From the IMG/VR virus record IMGVR_UViG_3300045988_177154, positions 32,001 through 96,000 of that record: a stretch of DNA of 64,000 nt; one strand, written 5' to 3'. Position 1 is the first letter of the stretch. Every line of letters starts with the position of its first letter. Shown piece after piece: positions 35,597 through 44,788 of the stretch. Both the position numbers and the translations under genes were made by a program. The notes below the pieces were generated by a model. It saw only the letters and a program-made list of their open reading frames with translations, did no database searches and had not been told where the DNA came from. This DNA comes from a virus.

Positions 35597-36364
35597 ATGC
35601 CATTTACTAAAAAAGCAAAAGAACAACTAAAAGAATTATCTTTAACTTCCGCTACTAAAAATCGTGTCAATCGTTATGAACGTAAAAAGAAAGGTAAGAT
35701 TAGAGATGTAAAGAAAGCTTTAGCTAATGGAAAATTGTGGCAAAGAGATAAAGTTCGCCAAGTAATAGGTAAAACTTATCCAATCCTATACAATTACCAT
35801 GAAAAAGAAAAACGCTTATTAGGTTATGTTGATAGCTTTGCTTCTAAAAAAGAATTGGAAGAAATCTTTGGTAAAGGTGTTTACACCGCTGAACGTTATA
35901 ATTGGGATGCTCATAATTGTGATTGGTTTTTAAGTGGAAAGCCATATGTTTCTGAATTAGATGACCGCTATATGGTTTATCAAGTATTGTATGTTTATAG
36001 ATGTAATGGTCGAAACTATTATGCTACCAAAGATTTAGATTTTGATTCTTTAGTGTTGACTGAAGAAAATATTGAAAAATACTCTAAACACTTCTTAAAT
36101 CCATTACCAACTAAAAAGAATAAAATTAGACAATGGGTTGATAATGAATCGCCATTTGATGAGTTACAAGAAATTGTTTCTAAAGAATATGATTTGTATG
36201 GTGGTATGTGGAAAGAAACAGAGGGTAGAGCTCATGTTCGTGATGAATTAAGAGAAATTGTTAGGGAAGCTAATTCTCATTTAGACGAAAACAAACTTGC
36301 TGAAAATACTCTCTTAGCTAATCCAAAAGATTATGATTATAGAAAATATACTTATATATGGTAA
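35597..36364 (+). CDS. hypothetical protein (255 aa)
   Basis: ORF track. Confidence 0.6.
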   Translation: MPFTKKAKEQLKELSLTSATKNRVNRYERKKKGKIRDVKKALANGKLWQRDKVRQVIGKTYPILYNYHEKEKRLLGYVDSFASKKELEEIFGKGVYTAERYNWDAHNCDWFLSGKPYVSELDDRYMVYQVLYVYRCNGRNYYATKDLDFDSLVLTEENIEKYSKHFLNPLPTKKNKIRQWVDNESPFDELQEIVSKEYDLYGGMWKETEGRAHVRDELREIVREANSHLDENKLAENTLLANPKDYDYRKYTYIW

Positions 36365-36370
36365 AAAATA

Positions 36371-36403
36371 AAAGAATTGCTTGAAAATAGCAATTCTTTT
36401 TTA
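36371..36403 (+). terminator. intrinsic terminator
   Basis: AAGAATTGC-loop-GCAATTCTT plus a T run. Confidence 0.75.
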
Positions 36404-36412
36404 GCGTTAAAA

Positions 36413-36527
36413 TAAGCGATTGTGAGCTGTTTTTATTAAAAGTCGATACATTTATCGAAAATCAGTTTTGACTGTTTTAGCATTAACTATATGACGATAT
36501 AGCGATGTTCAAAATCAGTTTTAGGTA
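36413..36527 (+). repeat. dispersed intergenic repeat, copy E
   Basis: GAGCTGTTTTTATTAAAAGTCGATACATTTATCGAAAATCAGTTTTGACTGTTTTAGCATTAACTATATGACGATATAGCGATGTTCAAAATCAGTTTTAGG. Confidence 0.8.
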
Positions 36528-36564
36528 TTGGAATGAGTTGTATTTTTGCTTTTCTTCTTTGATA

Positions 36565-36593
36565 TTGACAAACTTTAAAATTTTTTATATAAT
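36565..36593 (+). promoter_or_regulatory. sigma-A type promoter
   Basis: TTGACA-17-TATAAT. Confidence 0.8.
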
Positions 36594-36629
36594 ATAAATA
36601 ACTAAACAAGTAAGAAAGAGAGAAACAAA

Positions 36630-37622
36630 GTGATTATTGAGGGGTATTTGTTTTCTGAAAAAGCAAGAATGATAAACAATATTTATTATGGTATTGTTGA
36701 ATATGATAACAGTAATTGCATTTATTACAATATTACTGATTATGATTTTGCTCTACTGAAATTAAACACTTTTGTGTATAAAGTAGAAGTTGATTCAAAT
36801 GATGTTTATTCTTTAACACCAAGCCATGTTTCGGCCATTAAATACCGAGTAAAAGAAGAAATAAATTTTAATGAATGGATTAAAGCTGCTCAATTTACTG
36901 AAGATGAATTTGGTCAAGATAAAATTGAATGGGATTCAATTATTGATGGTTCTATGGTAAGTGATGAAGTTTTAAGTATCTATAATAAAATTATGCGCTG
37001 TCAACCATGGTCGTTATCATTTGCTCAAATCATAAAACTTCATGCAATCTTAAATCAAAAGACATATGAGCTTCCAATCTTAAAACTACTAATGTGGAAT
37101 AAGGAATATGCTAGAGTTTATGAATTTTATCATAGAAAATATGAAATAGATTATAATGTGTATATTGTTGTAAGAGAGGAGTTTGTAGAACGTGAAGCTC
37201 TATATGGGTCAAAAATTTTTGAAAGTATAAACAGTAAAGATAATAGTATTCAATTTCCAAATATTTTTTACTTGATAGAAACAAGGAAATTTACTCAAAA
37301 TGAATTTGAAGTATGTTGGCTGAAAAATATCTGTCGCCTAAGTGATGAAAATAAAAGAACCTATATTAGAGCTGCTTTGATAGCAAATTACAACATAACA
37401 CCTTTACATAGAGATATATATCCAGTTGCTCTTATGCTTAAATATCCGGAATTAGCAACAAAATTAACTCGTAACAATATTGGTGACCCTAGTTGCATTT
37501 CAAGACTACTTATGCTTGGATATAAAATAAAAGGAAAAGATTATAAAGGAAAATATATTTCTATTTTAAATGCTAGAAAAATCATGAAAAATGATGAATA
37601 TAAATTTATAGAAATTGATTGA
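36630..37622 (+). CDS. paralog family F protein (~330 aa)
   Basis: GTG start. Shares YLFS, YKVEVDSNDV, KLHAILNQKTYELP, RKFTQNEFE, YP.LA and LLMLGYKIK blocks with the 44789-50781 array. Confidence 0.7.
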   Translation: MIIEGYLFSEKARMINNIYYGIVEYDNSNCIYYNITDYDFALLKLNTFVYKVEVDSNDVYSLTPSHVSAIKYRVKEEINFNEWIKAAQFTEDEFGQDKIEWDSIIDGSMVSDEVLSIYNKIMRCQPWSLSFAQIIKLHAILNQKTYELPILKLLMWNKEYARVYEFYHRKYEIDYNVYIVVREEFVEREALYGSKIFESINSKDNSIQFPNIFYLIETRKFTQNEFEVCWLKNICRLSDENKRTYIRAALIANYNITPLHRDIYPVALMLKYPELATKLTRNNIGDPSCISRLLMLGYKIKGKDYKGKYISILNARKIMKNDEYKFIEID

Positions 37623-37625
37623 ATA

Positions 37626-37660
37626 AAAAGCTATCAAATATTCTTTGATAGCTTTTTTAT
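37626..37660. terminator. bidirectional intrinsic terminator between convergent genes
   Basis: AAAAGCTATCAAA-loop-TTTGATAGCTTTT. Confidence 0.75.
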
Positions 37661-38187
37661 CTTAGTTCATCTGGGTGAATATGAATAATTTTCTTATTTT
37701 TGGATAAGCCATATTTTACAGCATTAGCAGTTCCACCAGTCTTATCACCATTATAAACAGCAATTAAAACTTCACATGGCTCAATCATGCCCCAGTTTCT
37801 AGCATTAAGAATATAACCAATACTCTTGCCTGGTTTTTTTTCCTCATAAGTAACTACTTCATCAGCATATTCCATAAGTTTGAGCCATATCTTTTTACTA
37901 TTGCTATTAGGCGGCCATTTTCTCCATTGTTCCATATTAGGAACATCAGCAATAAACTTAACTCTATCGGGAAATTGCTTTTTATTATCAACAATAACTT
38001 TGGCCCAAATCGTGTCAGCACCTAATGCCATACCAGAGTGCAATTCAAGACAATCATATCTAGTAAGAGCTTGTTTAACTATATTATCTAATTTTTTATA
38101 AAGTCTTTTATAAAAAATATTATTGTAATCATAACCGGCTAATTTAGGTGGTCTATGTCCTGTAAGTGCTATTGCAAGTTTTTTCAT
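37657..38187 (-). CDS. SLOG-superfamily protein (YpsA/YoqJ, DUF1273-like)
   Basis: MKKLAIALTGHRPPKL start, SGMALGADTIWA, and overall YpsA-like layout. Start moved to the ATG with an AAGGAG RBS. Confidence 0.6.
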   Translation of the reverse strand: MKKLAIALTGHRPPKLAGYDYNNIFYKRLYKKLDNIVKQALTRYDCLELHSGMALGADTIWAKVIVDNKKQFPDRVKFIADVPNMEQWRKWPPNSNSKKIWLKLMEYADEVVTYEEKKPGKSIGYILNARNWGMIEPCEVLIAVYNGDKTGGTANAVKYGLSKNKKIIHIHPDELR

Positions 38188-38209
38188 TCTATACAATCTC
38201 CTTGAATTT

Positions 38210-38956
38210 CTATATAACTTCATTTTCTGAAATAGATAGAAGTTCAGCATATTCATCTGTAATCTTTATATTCATTTGAAATTGCTTTACGCCATACTTT
38301 TTAGCAATTTTTAAATCTTTTACAAAATCTTTATATATTGGATTGTTTACAGGCGGTTTAAATTTAGGAGCATTATATTGAAACACTGTTAAGACAATTG
38401 CTTTGGAATTGTGTGCTTTTACTTCATTAGTTAATTCTTTAATATGTTTTTGAAGTCTTTCAATTGATGGTTCTTGTTCTTTCATCAATTGTTTGAGTTG
38501 TTCAGACGCTTCAGCATAGTATTCTGCTACCATTGTTTTGACTTCTATATAACCATCACTTGATTTAAAATCAATTCTACTTTTTCCAAGTTTCTTTTCT
38601 CTCGTAATTGGGGCTTTAATGCCTAAAATATTTTGAATTGCTTCATCTTGTAAGAAATAATTAACAAATTTATTAGATTTAACTTGATTGATGCCAGCAT
38701 AAGTTAGACCATTATCCAAGCTTATTGCTTCAACAGTATATCTTGTTCGTCTATTTGGATTTTCTCCATTATCGCTCATCAAGCATGGAATATTTTTAAA
38801 TTCTTTTCTTGGTATTCCAGCTATAGTACCGCCTGATGGGCAATGTGCTTCTACTTTTGTTCCATTCAAATTTACTATAAAAATAAATCTATTTATTCGT
38901 GACTCAATTGTTGCTTTTATAAGCGGTTTGTCAAAATAAAATCTTATATTTTCCAT
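38210..38956 (-). CDS. sfsA: SfsA-like nuclease
   Basis: R.NRF...V...G....AHCPSGG near the N-terminus, then SRIDF and YIEVKT, as in SfsA. Confidence 0.75.
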   Translation of the reverse strand: MENIRFYFDKPLIKATIESRINRFIFIVNLNGTKVEAHCPSGGTIAGIPRKEFKNIPCLMSDNGENPNRRTRYTVEAISLDNGLTYAGINQVKSNKFVNYFLQDEAIQNILGIKAPITREKKLGKSRIDFKSSDGYIEVKTMVAEYYAEASEQLKQLMKEQEPSIERLQKHIKELTNEVKAHNSKAIVLTVFQYNAPKFKPPVNNPIYKDFVKDLKIAKKYGVKQFQMNIKITDEYAELLSISENEVI

Positions 38957-39160
38957 TCTTTACCTCATTTCTACTTCGCAAATGAGCACTTCTTCACCAT
39001 CATCAAAATTAAAATCATCTTTATAGGGCAAGAATAAATAAGAATCTGTACTCTTATCGTAGTAGAATTGTGCTTTCATATTGAATAGGATAGTTAGTAA
39101 ATCCGTAATTTTTTGTTTCGATTCTTTTGGATTTTAAGTTCTGAATGATTAGTAATACCA
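38957..39160 (-). pseudogene. truncated, frame-disrupted copy of the 3' part of gene 40795-41145
   Basis: About 200 nt align nucleotide for nucleotide, with scattered changes, to 40795-41003. Homology stops at CCAATATT (39155-39162), next to the TnpB-like gene's 3' end. Confidence 0.65.
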
Positions 39161-39162
39161 AT

Positions 39163-39310
39163 ATTGTTGCTTACATCTGTAACTTATTGTAATAATGAAT
39201 AAGTGAGTTGTAAGGTAATACCTCATGTAGAGGACGAACTCCTAATTCAACTTGAACCGTTGAATCAAGTACATTCGTTAGAAATGACACAATTTGACCA
39301 TTTCCTTTAA
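39163..39310 (-). ncRNA. candidate omega-RNA scaffold overlapping the 3' end of the TnpB-like gene
   Basis: Position is typical for TnpB omega-RNA. A second non-coding copy with compensatory hairpin changes exists at 52353-52491. Confidence 0.5.
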
Positions 39311-40667
39311 GCTTATTTACTTTTTCCTTAATTTCTTTTTTATTTGATTTTGGTTTAACTCTTTTAGTCTTTGCCTTTTTTGGTAAAGATTTTTTGAGCT
39401 TAATATTAGTAGAACGAATCGCAATATTGATAGCAGCTAATAAATCTCTATCAATTTTACCAGTCGTAAATTCAATAGTTCTATCATTAACTACTCCTAT
39501 TTCTTTCGTTATTGGGTGCTCCTTACTAGTATTAAATGCAGAAACCTTTTTTACCTCAATTCCATACATAGTGGCTTTCTCTATAATTTTAGAATGAATT
39601 TGAGAATGATTCCATTTACCACCTTGTGAATTTAACCAAGATAAATCTTCAATATGAATTGTTTTACACTTCTGCTCTAATGCTAAATTTACAATTTCGT
39701 TTGACAAAAGCTTTGCTTGATAATCTTTTGTGTTAATAATTTTATTAGAAATATTTGAATAAAGATTTTTCCAAATTTCATATTTAGATTGATTTGTTAA
39801 CCTTAAAGCTTCATAAGATTTAAGTTTATCATATAAGATTTGTTTATTTTCATAAAGTTTATTGATTTTATATTCTGTTTCTTGGCTTCGTTTTGTGTTG
39901 ACAAATTCATTACTGAAATTACCTTTTCTATCAACAACAACAGAACTAAATAATTTAATTTTACCTATATCCACACCTAAGATTTTATCTTCTAACACAT
40001 AATCCCCCACTTCATATTCATAAGAGCAAATACCTATATATTGATTATCTCTTTTACGTTTAATAAATCTAGGCTTCGCAATTCTGCCTGTAAATCTTTC
40101 ATCTATACTACTTGGAAAGATTATTTCATATTCAATCCAATCTTTTTTGCTCACTTTTATTTCACAAATATTACCTTGTTTCATTCTGAATATTTGCTTT
40201 TCTGAAATAGTATAATCAAGATTGAATACAGCGCTTCGTGCTAATTCGGGTATGGAATTATTACGTTTAATATTGGCAATTCTACTTCTTGTTGGGTAAA
40301 GTTTTAATTTGTGTAATGAATTAAATAAATCTTCATTTATGTTAAAATCATTTTTAACTAATTGATTCCAAATGATGATTGCTTCTTGTTTTGACTTTAT
40401 TTCTCGTCTGATGTTTTCAAACAAGATATACGAGTGCCAGGTTTTATTATGCAACGGCCAGTCTTTTATTCGGAATTTAAGACTATCCCTCATATCCCTC
40501 CAAACATCGCCTCTGAGTTTAGATAAATCAATTTTATCCAAGAGAGCTCTTGTTTCATCATTAGAGAGAATAAAATTTAACTCATTTTGTAAGAAATCAT
40601 AAATAGGTATAAGTTCTGATGGCATATTTATATTAAAACTTTTCCAATGAACTTTTTTCTTTTTCAT
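39171..40667 (-). CDS. tnpB: TnpB-like RNA-guided nuclease homolog lacking the zinc-finger cysteines
   Basis: RuvC-I ILGVDIGK, RuvC-II TIHIEDLS and RuvC-III KIDRDLLAAINIA. The segment between AFNTS and DRD has no Cys. Lys-rich tail follows. Confidence 0.8.
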   Translation of the reverse strand: MKKKKVHWKSFNINMPSELIPIYDFLQNELNFILSNDETRALLDKIDLSKLRGDVWRDMRDSLKFRIKDWPLHNKTWHSYILFENIRREIKSKQEAIIIWNQLVKNDFNINEDLFNSLHKLKLYPTRSRIANIKRNNSIPELARSAVFNLDYTISEKQIFRMKQGNICEIKVSKKDWIEYEIIFPSSIDERFTGRIAKPRFIKRKRDNQYIGICSYEYEVGDYVLEDKILGVDIGKIKLFSSVVVDRKGNFSNEFVNTKRSQETEYKINKLYENKQILYDKLKSYEALRLTNQSKYEIWKNLYSNISNKIINTKDYQAKLLSNEIVNLALEQKCKTIHIEDLSWLNSQGGKWNHSQIHSKIIEKATMYGIEVKKVSAFNTSKEHPITKEIGVVNDRTIEFTTGKIDRDLLAAINIAIRSTNIKLKKSLPKKAKTKRVKPKSNKKEIKEKVNKLKGNGQIVSFLTNVLDSTVQVELGVRPLHEVLPYNSLIHYYNKLQM

Positions 40668-40794
40668 TTTACTCCTTTTATGTTATTTATTGTTACTATT
40701 ATAACAAATCATCAGTTTATTTTCAATTAAAGTTAATCATAAAGTTATAATAATTTACAAGAAATATCTATAAAAATTATCTGCTTCTATTATT

Positions 40795-41145
40795 TTACCT
40801 CATAACAACTTCACAAATAATAACTTCTTCGCCATTATCAAAGTCAAAATCATCTTTGTATGGTAAGAATAAGTAAGAATCAGTACTATTATCGTAGTAA
40901 TATTGAGACTTCATATTGAATAGAATAATTAAGAGTTCTGTAATTTTATTCTTTGATTCATTTTGAATTTCAAGTTTGGATTGGTTTGTAACACCAATAT
41001 TATCAAAAGAGTAATTATAGATAGTAAAGTTAGAATGATGATTAACTTTATTTTTTAAGTATTCATAATTATCTTTATTGAAGTCTTTAATTTTAGATAG
41101 CGGAAAATTCAAGACTAAGTTTAATGTTTCTTCTTTAATTTTCAT
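40795..41145 (-). CDS. hypothetical protein, intact paralog of pseudogene 38957-39160
   Basis: Start set at MKIKEETL (AGAGGA RBS 8 nt upstream). Confidence 0.55.
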   Translation of the reverse strand: MKIKEETLNLVLNFPLSKIKDFNKDNYEYLKNKVNHHSNFTIYNYSFDNIGVTNQSKLEIQNESKNKITELLIILFNMKSQYYYDNSTDSYLFLPYKDDFDFDNGEEVIICEVVMR

Positions 41146-41749
41146 TATACCAATCCTCTTTAAAGTTATTTTCACCTTCACTAAATCTTACAGATTCAAA
41201 ATGTCCTTGAACGAGTTTTCTTACATAAAAATCATATTTATCCATAGGGAAGCTATTAACAGGTCGAACTACAAAACCTTCAATATCTTCAGTCAGATTA
41301 GCAGTAGCTTCTTTTACTACTTCATCAAATGTTCCAACCTTTGATAATTCTTTTACAATTGGGATTCCAAGTTCTTTAGCTCTTTTCTTAGTTGTTTCCC
41401 AATCTAAGATTAAATCATCTTCTTTAATTCCAAATAGCATATAATCAGATGGTAAATCATTATAAGGAACAGATTTTCTCCAATGAAGAAATTCTCCAAG
41501 TACAACTTCATTATCTTTTAATTTATCTTTAATTGGATAGTACCAATTGTTGATTGGATAAGTCCATTCTTTATTGTAATTATTGCCAGCTCTTGTAAAC
41601 CAAGTTTCTTTTCCTAAAGAAATATTAGAACCGTCCATTTTTTCAGTAGCAATTACTAAACCGTCATATCTATAATGATTTTTAAAGACATCATCATCTG
41701 TACCCTTTGACCCTTTCATATGAGGAGTTCTAGGAAATTTAAAAGTCAT
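41135..41749 (-). CDS. ATP-dependent RNA ligase (Rnl2/PF09414-like)
   Basis: FPRTPHM near the N-terminus. Motif I is EKMDGSN. Confidence 0.7.
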   Translation of the reverse strand: MTFKFPRTPHMKGSKGTDDDVFKNHYRYDGLVIATEKMDGSNISLGKETWFTRAGNNYNKEWTYPINNWYYPIKDKLKDNEVVLGEFLHWRKSVPYNDLPSDYMLFGIKEDDLILDWETTKKRAKELGIPIVKELSKVGTFDEVVKEATANLTEDIEGFVVRPVNSFPMDKYDFYVRKLVQGHFESVRFSEGENNFKEDWYNEN

Positions 41750-41765
41750 ATTTGTTCTCCTTTCG

Positions 41766-42017
41766 TTAATCTATATATGCTAAAACTTCTTTTACACTTT
41801 CAAATGTTTGTTCATCTTCGTGAGTTACTCCATTTTCTTCTGAGTGATAATTTCTAATTACTACAAAATATTTATCTTTTTCTGTAATTTCATAAGTTAC
41901 AATTTCAGAAGCGTAAAGTTGAATTAGTTCTAATTCATCACCTAAATCATCTAATCTAGTATATGATATTGAACTATTTTCTATTGCATCTTTCAATTCT
42001 TTTATTTTGTTACTCAT
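41766..42017 (-). CDS. hypothetical protein, paralog family G (1 of 2)
   Basis: Alignable with 42030-42293 (IKELxxAIE, YEIT(E/V)KD, GVT.E and EVL(A/D)(Y/F)I). Confidence 0.6.
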   Translation of the reverse strand: MSNKIKELKDAIENSSISYTRLDDLGDELELIQLYASEIVTYEITEKDKYFVVIRNYHSEENGVTHEDEQTFESVKEVLAYID

Positions 42018-42029
42018 TTTGGCTTCTCC

Positions 42030-42293
42030 TTAGTAAATAAAATCTAAAACTTCTTCTAATGTATTAAATTTACTATTTCCCTCGATAGTTACTCCAGTTA
42101 CTTCTGAGTAAAACTTCTCAATTACAATATAACAATCATCTTTAACTGTAATTTCATATGTAAACTCATCAAGAGCTACATGATAGATTAAAACTAGTGT
42201 ATCTCCACAAACAGTAACAAGCTCATCGTCAACTGAGTGTCTTTCTATTGCTTCTTCTAGTTCCTTAATTTTTTCTTTAATGTTTTCATTCAT
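42030..42293 (-). CDS. hypothetical protein, paralog family G (2 of 2)
   Basis: Paralog of 41766-42017. Behind promoter 42338-42366. Confidence 0.6.
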   Translation of the reverse strand: MNENIKEKIKELEEAIERHSVDDELVTVCGDTLVLIYHVALDEFTYEITVKDDCYIVIEKFYSEVTGVTIEGNSKFNTLEEVLDFIY

Positions 42294-42337
42294 TTTTCAA
42301 TTTTCCTTGCTTTTTATTTTAATTTGGTTTAAGATAT

Positions 42338-42366
42338 ATTGTAATAAAAAAAATTAAAGTTGTCAA
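42338..42366 (-). promoter_or_regulatory. sigma-A type promoter
   Basis: Minus strand reads TTGACA-17-TACAAT. Confidence 0.7.
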
Positions 42367-42409
42367 ATGAAGTTCACAATAAGAATAATAAAAATAAAAA
42401 GGAGTTAAA

Positions 42410-43411
42410 ATGACTTTAGTAGAGTATAAGGGTCTAACTGCCGATGTGATGTGGTGGGAAGAAGTCTCTGATGAAAAGTTAGAAGAATTAAGAAAAGAAT
42501 ATTATCAAAAACCAAGCATAAACGAAGTCAAAAAAGAATTAAAAACTATCTCTCGTGGTGGGAGCCTTATTAGTAAAGTTAATAAATATTATTTCAGAGA
42601 TTTACAAGCAAGAGTAAAGAAATGGAATAGTAAATGGGCAGTTGCTGATGTTTTTGAGAGTAATGCTCTAATGGGTATTTTTCTAGCTCGAATACACAAT
42701 CAAAATGTTTATACAAAAGAAGATGGCCCAGACATTAAGAAAATCGAAACTGCATTAAGAATTGGAGCAAAAGGAATAGCTGCACCTATTACTAATTTTA
42801 ATATTAAAAATATTGATAACTTATTGCTTTCAAAATATAATGTAAATAATAATTATTATGATTATTCTTGTGGTTGGGGAGTTAGACTTCTTTCAGCTAT
42901 GAGAAATAATGTTAATTATTTTGGTACAGACCCAAATCATGAGCTATATGAAAGATTACTTGAATTAGAAAAAGATTACAAATCAGTAGCAATGTTTCAT
43001 AACTCAACTGTTGACATTAGAAACACTGGCTCTGAAGTGCTTCATGAAGATTGGAAAAATAAAATGGGATTAGCTTTTTCAAGTCCTCCTTATTTCCTTT
43101 TAGAAGATTATAAGACTGGAGAACAATCTGCACAACAAGATACAAGTTATGAAGATTGGCAAGAATTATATTTAAGACCTACTTTTAGGAATATTAAAGA
43201 GTATCTTATTGATGAAGGTTATTTTATGATAAATATTAAGGATTATTCAAAATTCACTCTCGAAGCAGACAGCAAAAGAATTGCTATTGAAGAAGGCTTT
43301 GAATTTATTGAAAACATTCCACTTTCACCTATCAATAGATACAGTCCAAAAGATGAAAAAGTAGTCCAAAAATCAGATGAATATATTATGGTATTTAGAA
43401 AGAAGTTATAA
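42410..43411 (+). CDS. DNA methyltransferase (SPPY motif, N6-adenine/N4-cytosine class)
   Basis: AdoMet-binding-like YDYSCGWG...FGTDPN, followed about 70 aa later by FSSPPYF. Confidence 0.6.
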   Translation: MTLVEYKGLTADVMWWEEVSDEKLEELRKEYYQKPSINEVKKELKTISRGGSLISKVNKYYFRDLQARVKKWNSKWAVADVFESNALMGIFLARIHNQNVYTKEDGPDIKKIETALRIGAKGIAAPITNFNIKNIDNLLLSKYNVNNNYYDYSCGWGVRLLSAMRNNVNYFGTDPNHELYERLLELEKDYKSVAMFHNSTVDIRNTGSEVLHEDWKNKMGLAFSSPPYFLLEDYKTGEQSAQQDTSYEDWQELYLRPTFRNIKEYLIDEGYFMINIKDYSKFTLEADSKRIAIEEGFEFIENIPLSPINRYSPKDEKVVQKSDEYIMVFRKKL

Positions 43412-43412
43412 A

Positions 43413-43697
43413 ATGATTTTTTACCATGGAACAACTACTAATACTAAAATAAACAAAATCTTATTACCGCCAAATGAAACAGGTTTGCTTAGAGAAGATT
43501 TCAGAAAGAATTTACAAGATAAAGTTTTTATAACAATCTCTAAGCCATCTGCTATAAAATATGCTAAAAAAGCTGCTGAGCGATTTGGGGGAGAAGCAAT
43601 TGTTTATACAGTAAGACCGGAGTTTAGTTCTTTAATCAAAAAAGGAACAGAATATATTTGTAACAAAGCTTTCATAAAAAGTTTTGAGAAAATTTAA
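43413..43697 (+). CDS. mini Arr-like (ADP-ribosyltransferase-fold) protein
   Basis: MIFYHGTT..., VFITIS, AIKYAKKAA and EAIVYTVRPE are colinear with the Arr blocks FYHGT, IYFSA, AVWGAELA and GYIYIVEP. Only 94 aa, and the acidic third catalytic position is not evident. Confidence 0.35.
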   Translation: MIFYHGTTTNTKINKILLPPNETGLLREDFRKNLQDKVFITISKPSAIKYAKKAAERFGGEAIVYTVRPEFSSLIKKGTEYICNKAFIKSFEKI

Positions 43698-43706
43698 TAT
43701 AATGTG

Positions 43707-43735
43707 TTGACAAGTTGTAATCTCTATGATACAAT
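43707..43735 (+). promoter_or_regulatory. sigma-A type promoter
   Basis: TTGACA-17-TACAAT. Confidence 0.75.
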
Positions 43736-43771
43736 AGCATTGTACTTAAGAAATGAAAAGAGGAATTTACA

Positions 43772-44731
43772 ATGACTAAAACAATTAAAGGATTTATTAA
43801 AACTTTCAACAAGCACGAATTAGGAAAAGAATACAGCAAAACAAATTCTTATTTAGCTGATGCTATTAGATTTGAATTAAAAGATGTTTACAATGCTGGT
43901 TCAGATTATTCTATCATCTATCCATACATTTATGAAGTAGAAGCTAATGTTGAAGATGTTTGGAACATTTCAAAAGGACAAACATGGTTGCCTGATTATT
44001 TCCAAACTACAAAAGCTGTTGCAGTTCGTGAAGTCTCATATTTAGAATTAGTACAAGCTATTGATTTAACTTCTTCAACAAAAGAAAAATTTGAAAAAAT
44101 CTATAATGGCGATTTAACTAAAGAAGAATTTGAAACTACTTGGGCTTCTTTAACTAAGAGAAGTTTTGAAGCATTGGGCCACAATCAACGTTTTCTATAT
44201 ATTGCTTGTTTATCTCAAGATAAATATGAATTAACAAAACCTGAAAAGGAATTGTCAGAAACAACTTTAATGCTTCATGCAAAATATGGTAAATTGTTTA
44301 ATAAAGATTTACGAGTAAGTTCAAAAGTCAAAATGAACATTGCAACAGAAAATGAAATCATTAACGCTCTTGAAACAGACTTATTTGATGTTCCAAACAT
44401 TCTTGAAAATTTAGTTGAAACAGAAAATTATGATTTTGATTTTGTTCTTAAGTTATTAAAAGAATCAAATTACTTAATTTTTAATAAATTAACAACAGCT
44501 TATGGATATAACACTGGTCGTTGGGAATTTGATAAAATTGATACTAACAGAGCTAAAGCAGAATCTTATTTAAATCCAATTAAAGCTTTCAATGATTACA
44601 AAGACCATGAAGAGTTAATCTTGAAAGGATTATTATTGAATAACTTTTTAATCAAAGGAGCAGATTATTCAGAATTTGAATCTATTCTAAAAATTAAAGA
44701 AGAATTAGAAGTGGAATTAAAAACTTTATAA
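43772..44731 (+). CDS. divergent member of paralog family F
   Basis: Shares the PYIYEVEANVEDV block and overall length with family F. The rest is diverged. Confidence 0.55.
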   Translation: MTKTIKGFIKTFNKHELGKEYSKTNSYLADAIRFELKDVYNAGSDYSIIYPYIYEVEANVEDVWNISKGQTWLPDYFQTTKAVAVREVSYLELVQAIDLTSSTKEKFEKIYNGDLTKEEFETTWASLTKRSFEALGHNQRFLYIACLSQDKYELTKPEKELSETTLMLHAKYGKLFNKDLRVSSKVKMNIATENEIINALETDLFDVPNILENLVETENYDFDFVLKLLKESNYLIFNKLTTAYGYNTGRWEFDKIDTNRAKAESYLNPIKAFNDYKDHEELILKGLLLNNFLIKGADYSEFESILKIKEELEVELKTL

Positions 44732-44788
44732 GAAAAGAACAACCTAATGGTTGTTTTTCTTATGTCAAAAAAGAAAGGAGTTATTAAA

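Larger units (their letters stand above)
39163..40794 (-). mobile_element. TnpB-only (IS200/IS605/IS607-derived) element inserted between tandem paralogs
   Basis: Right end is defined by loss of homology between 38957-39162 and 40795-41003. Left end is not defined. Confidence 0.5.
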
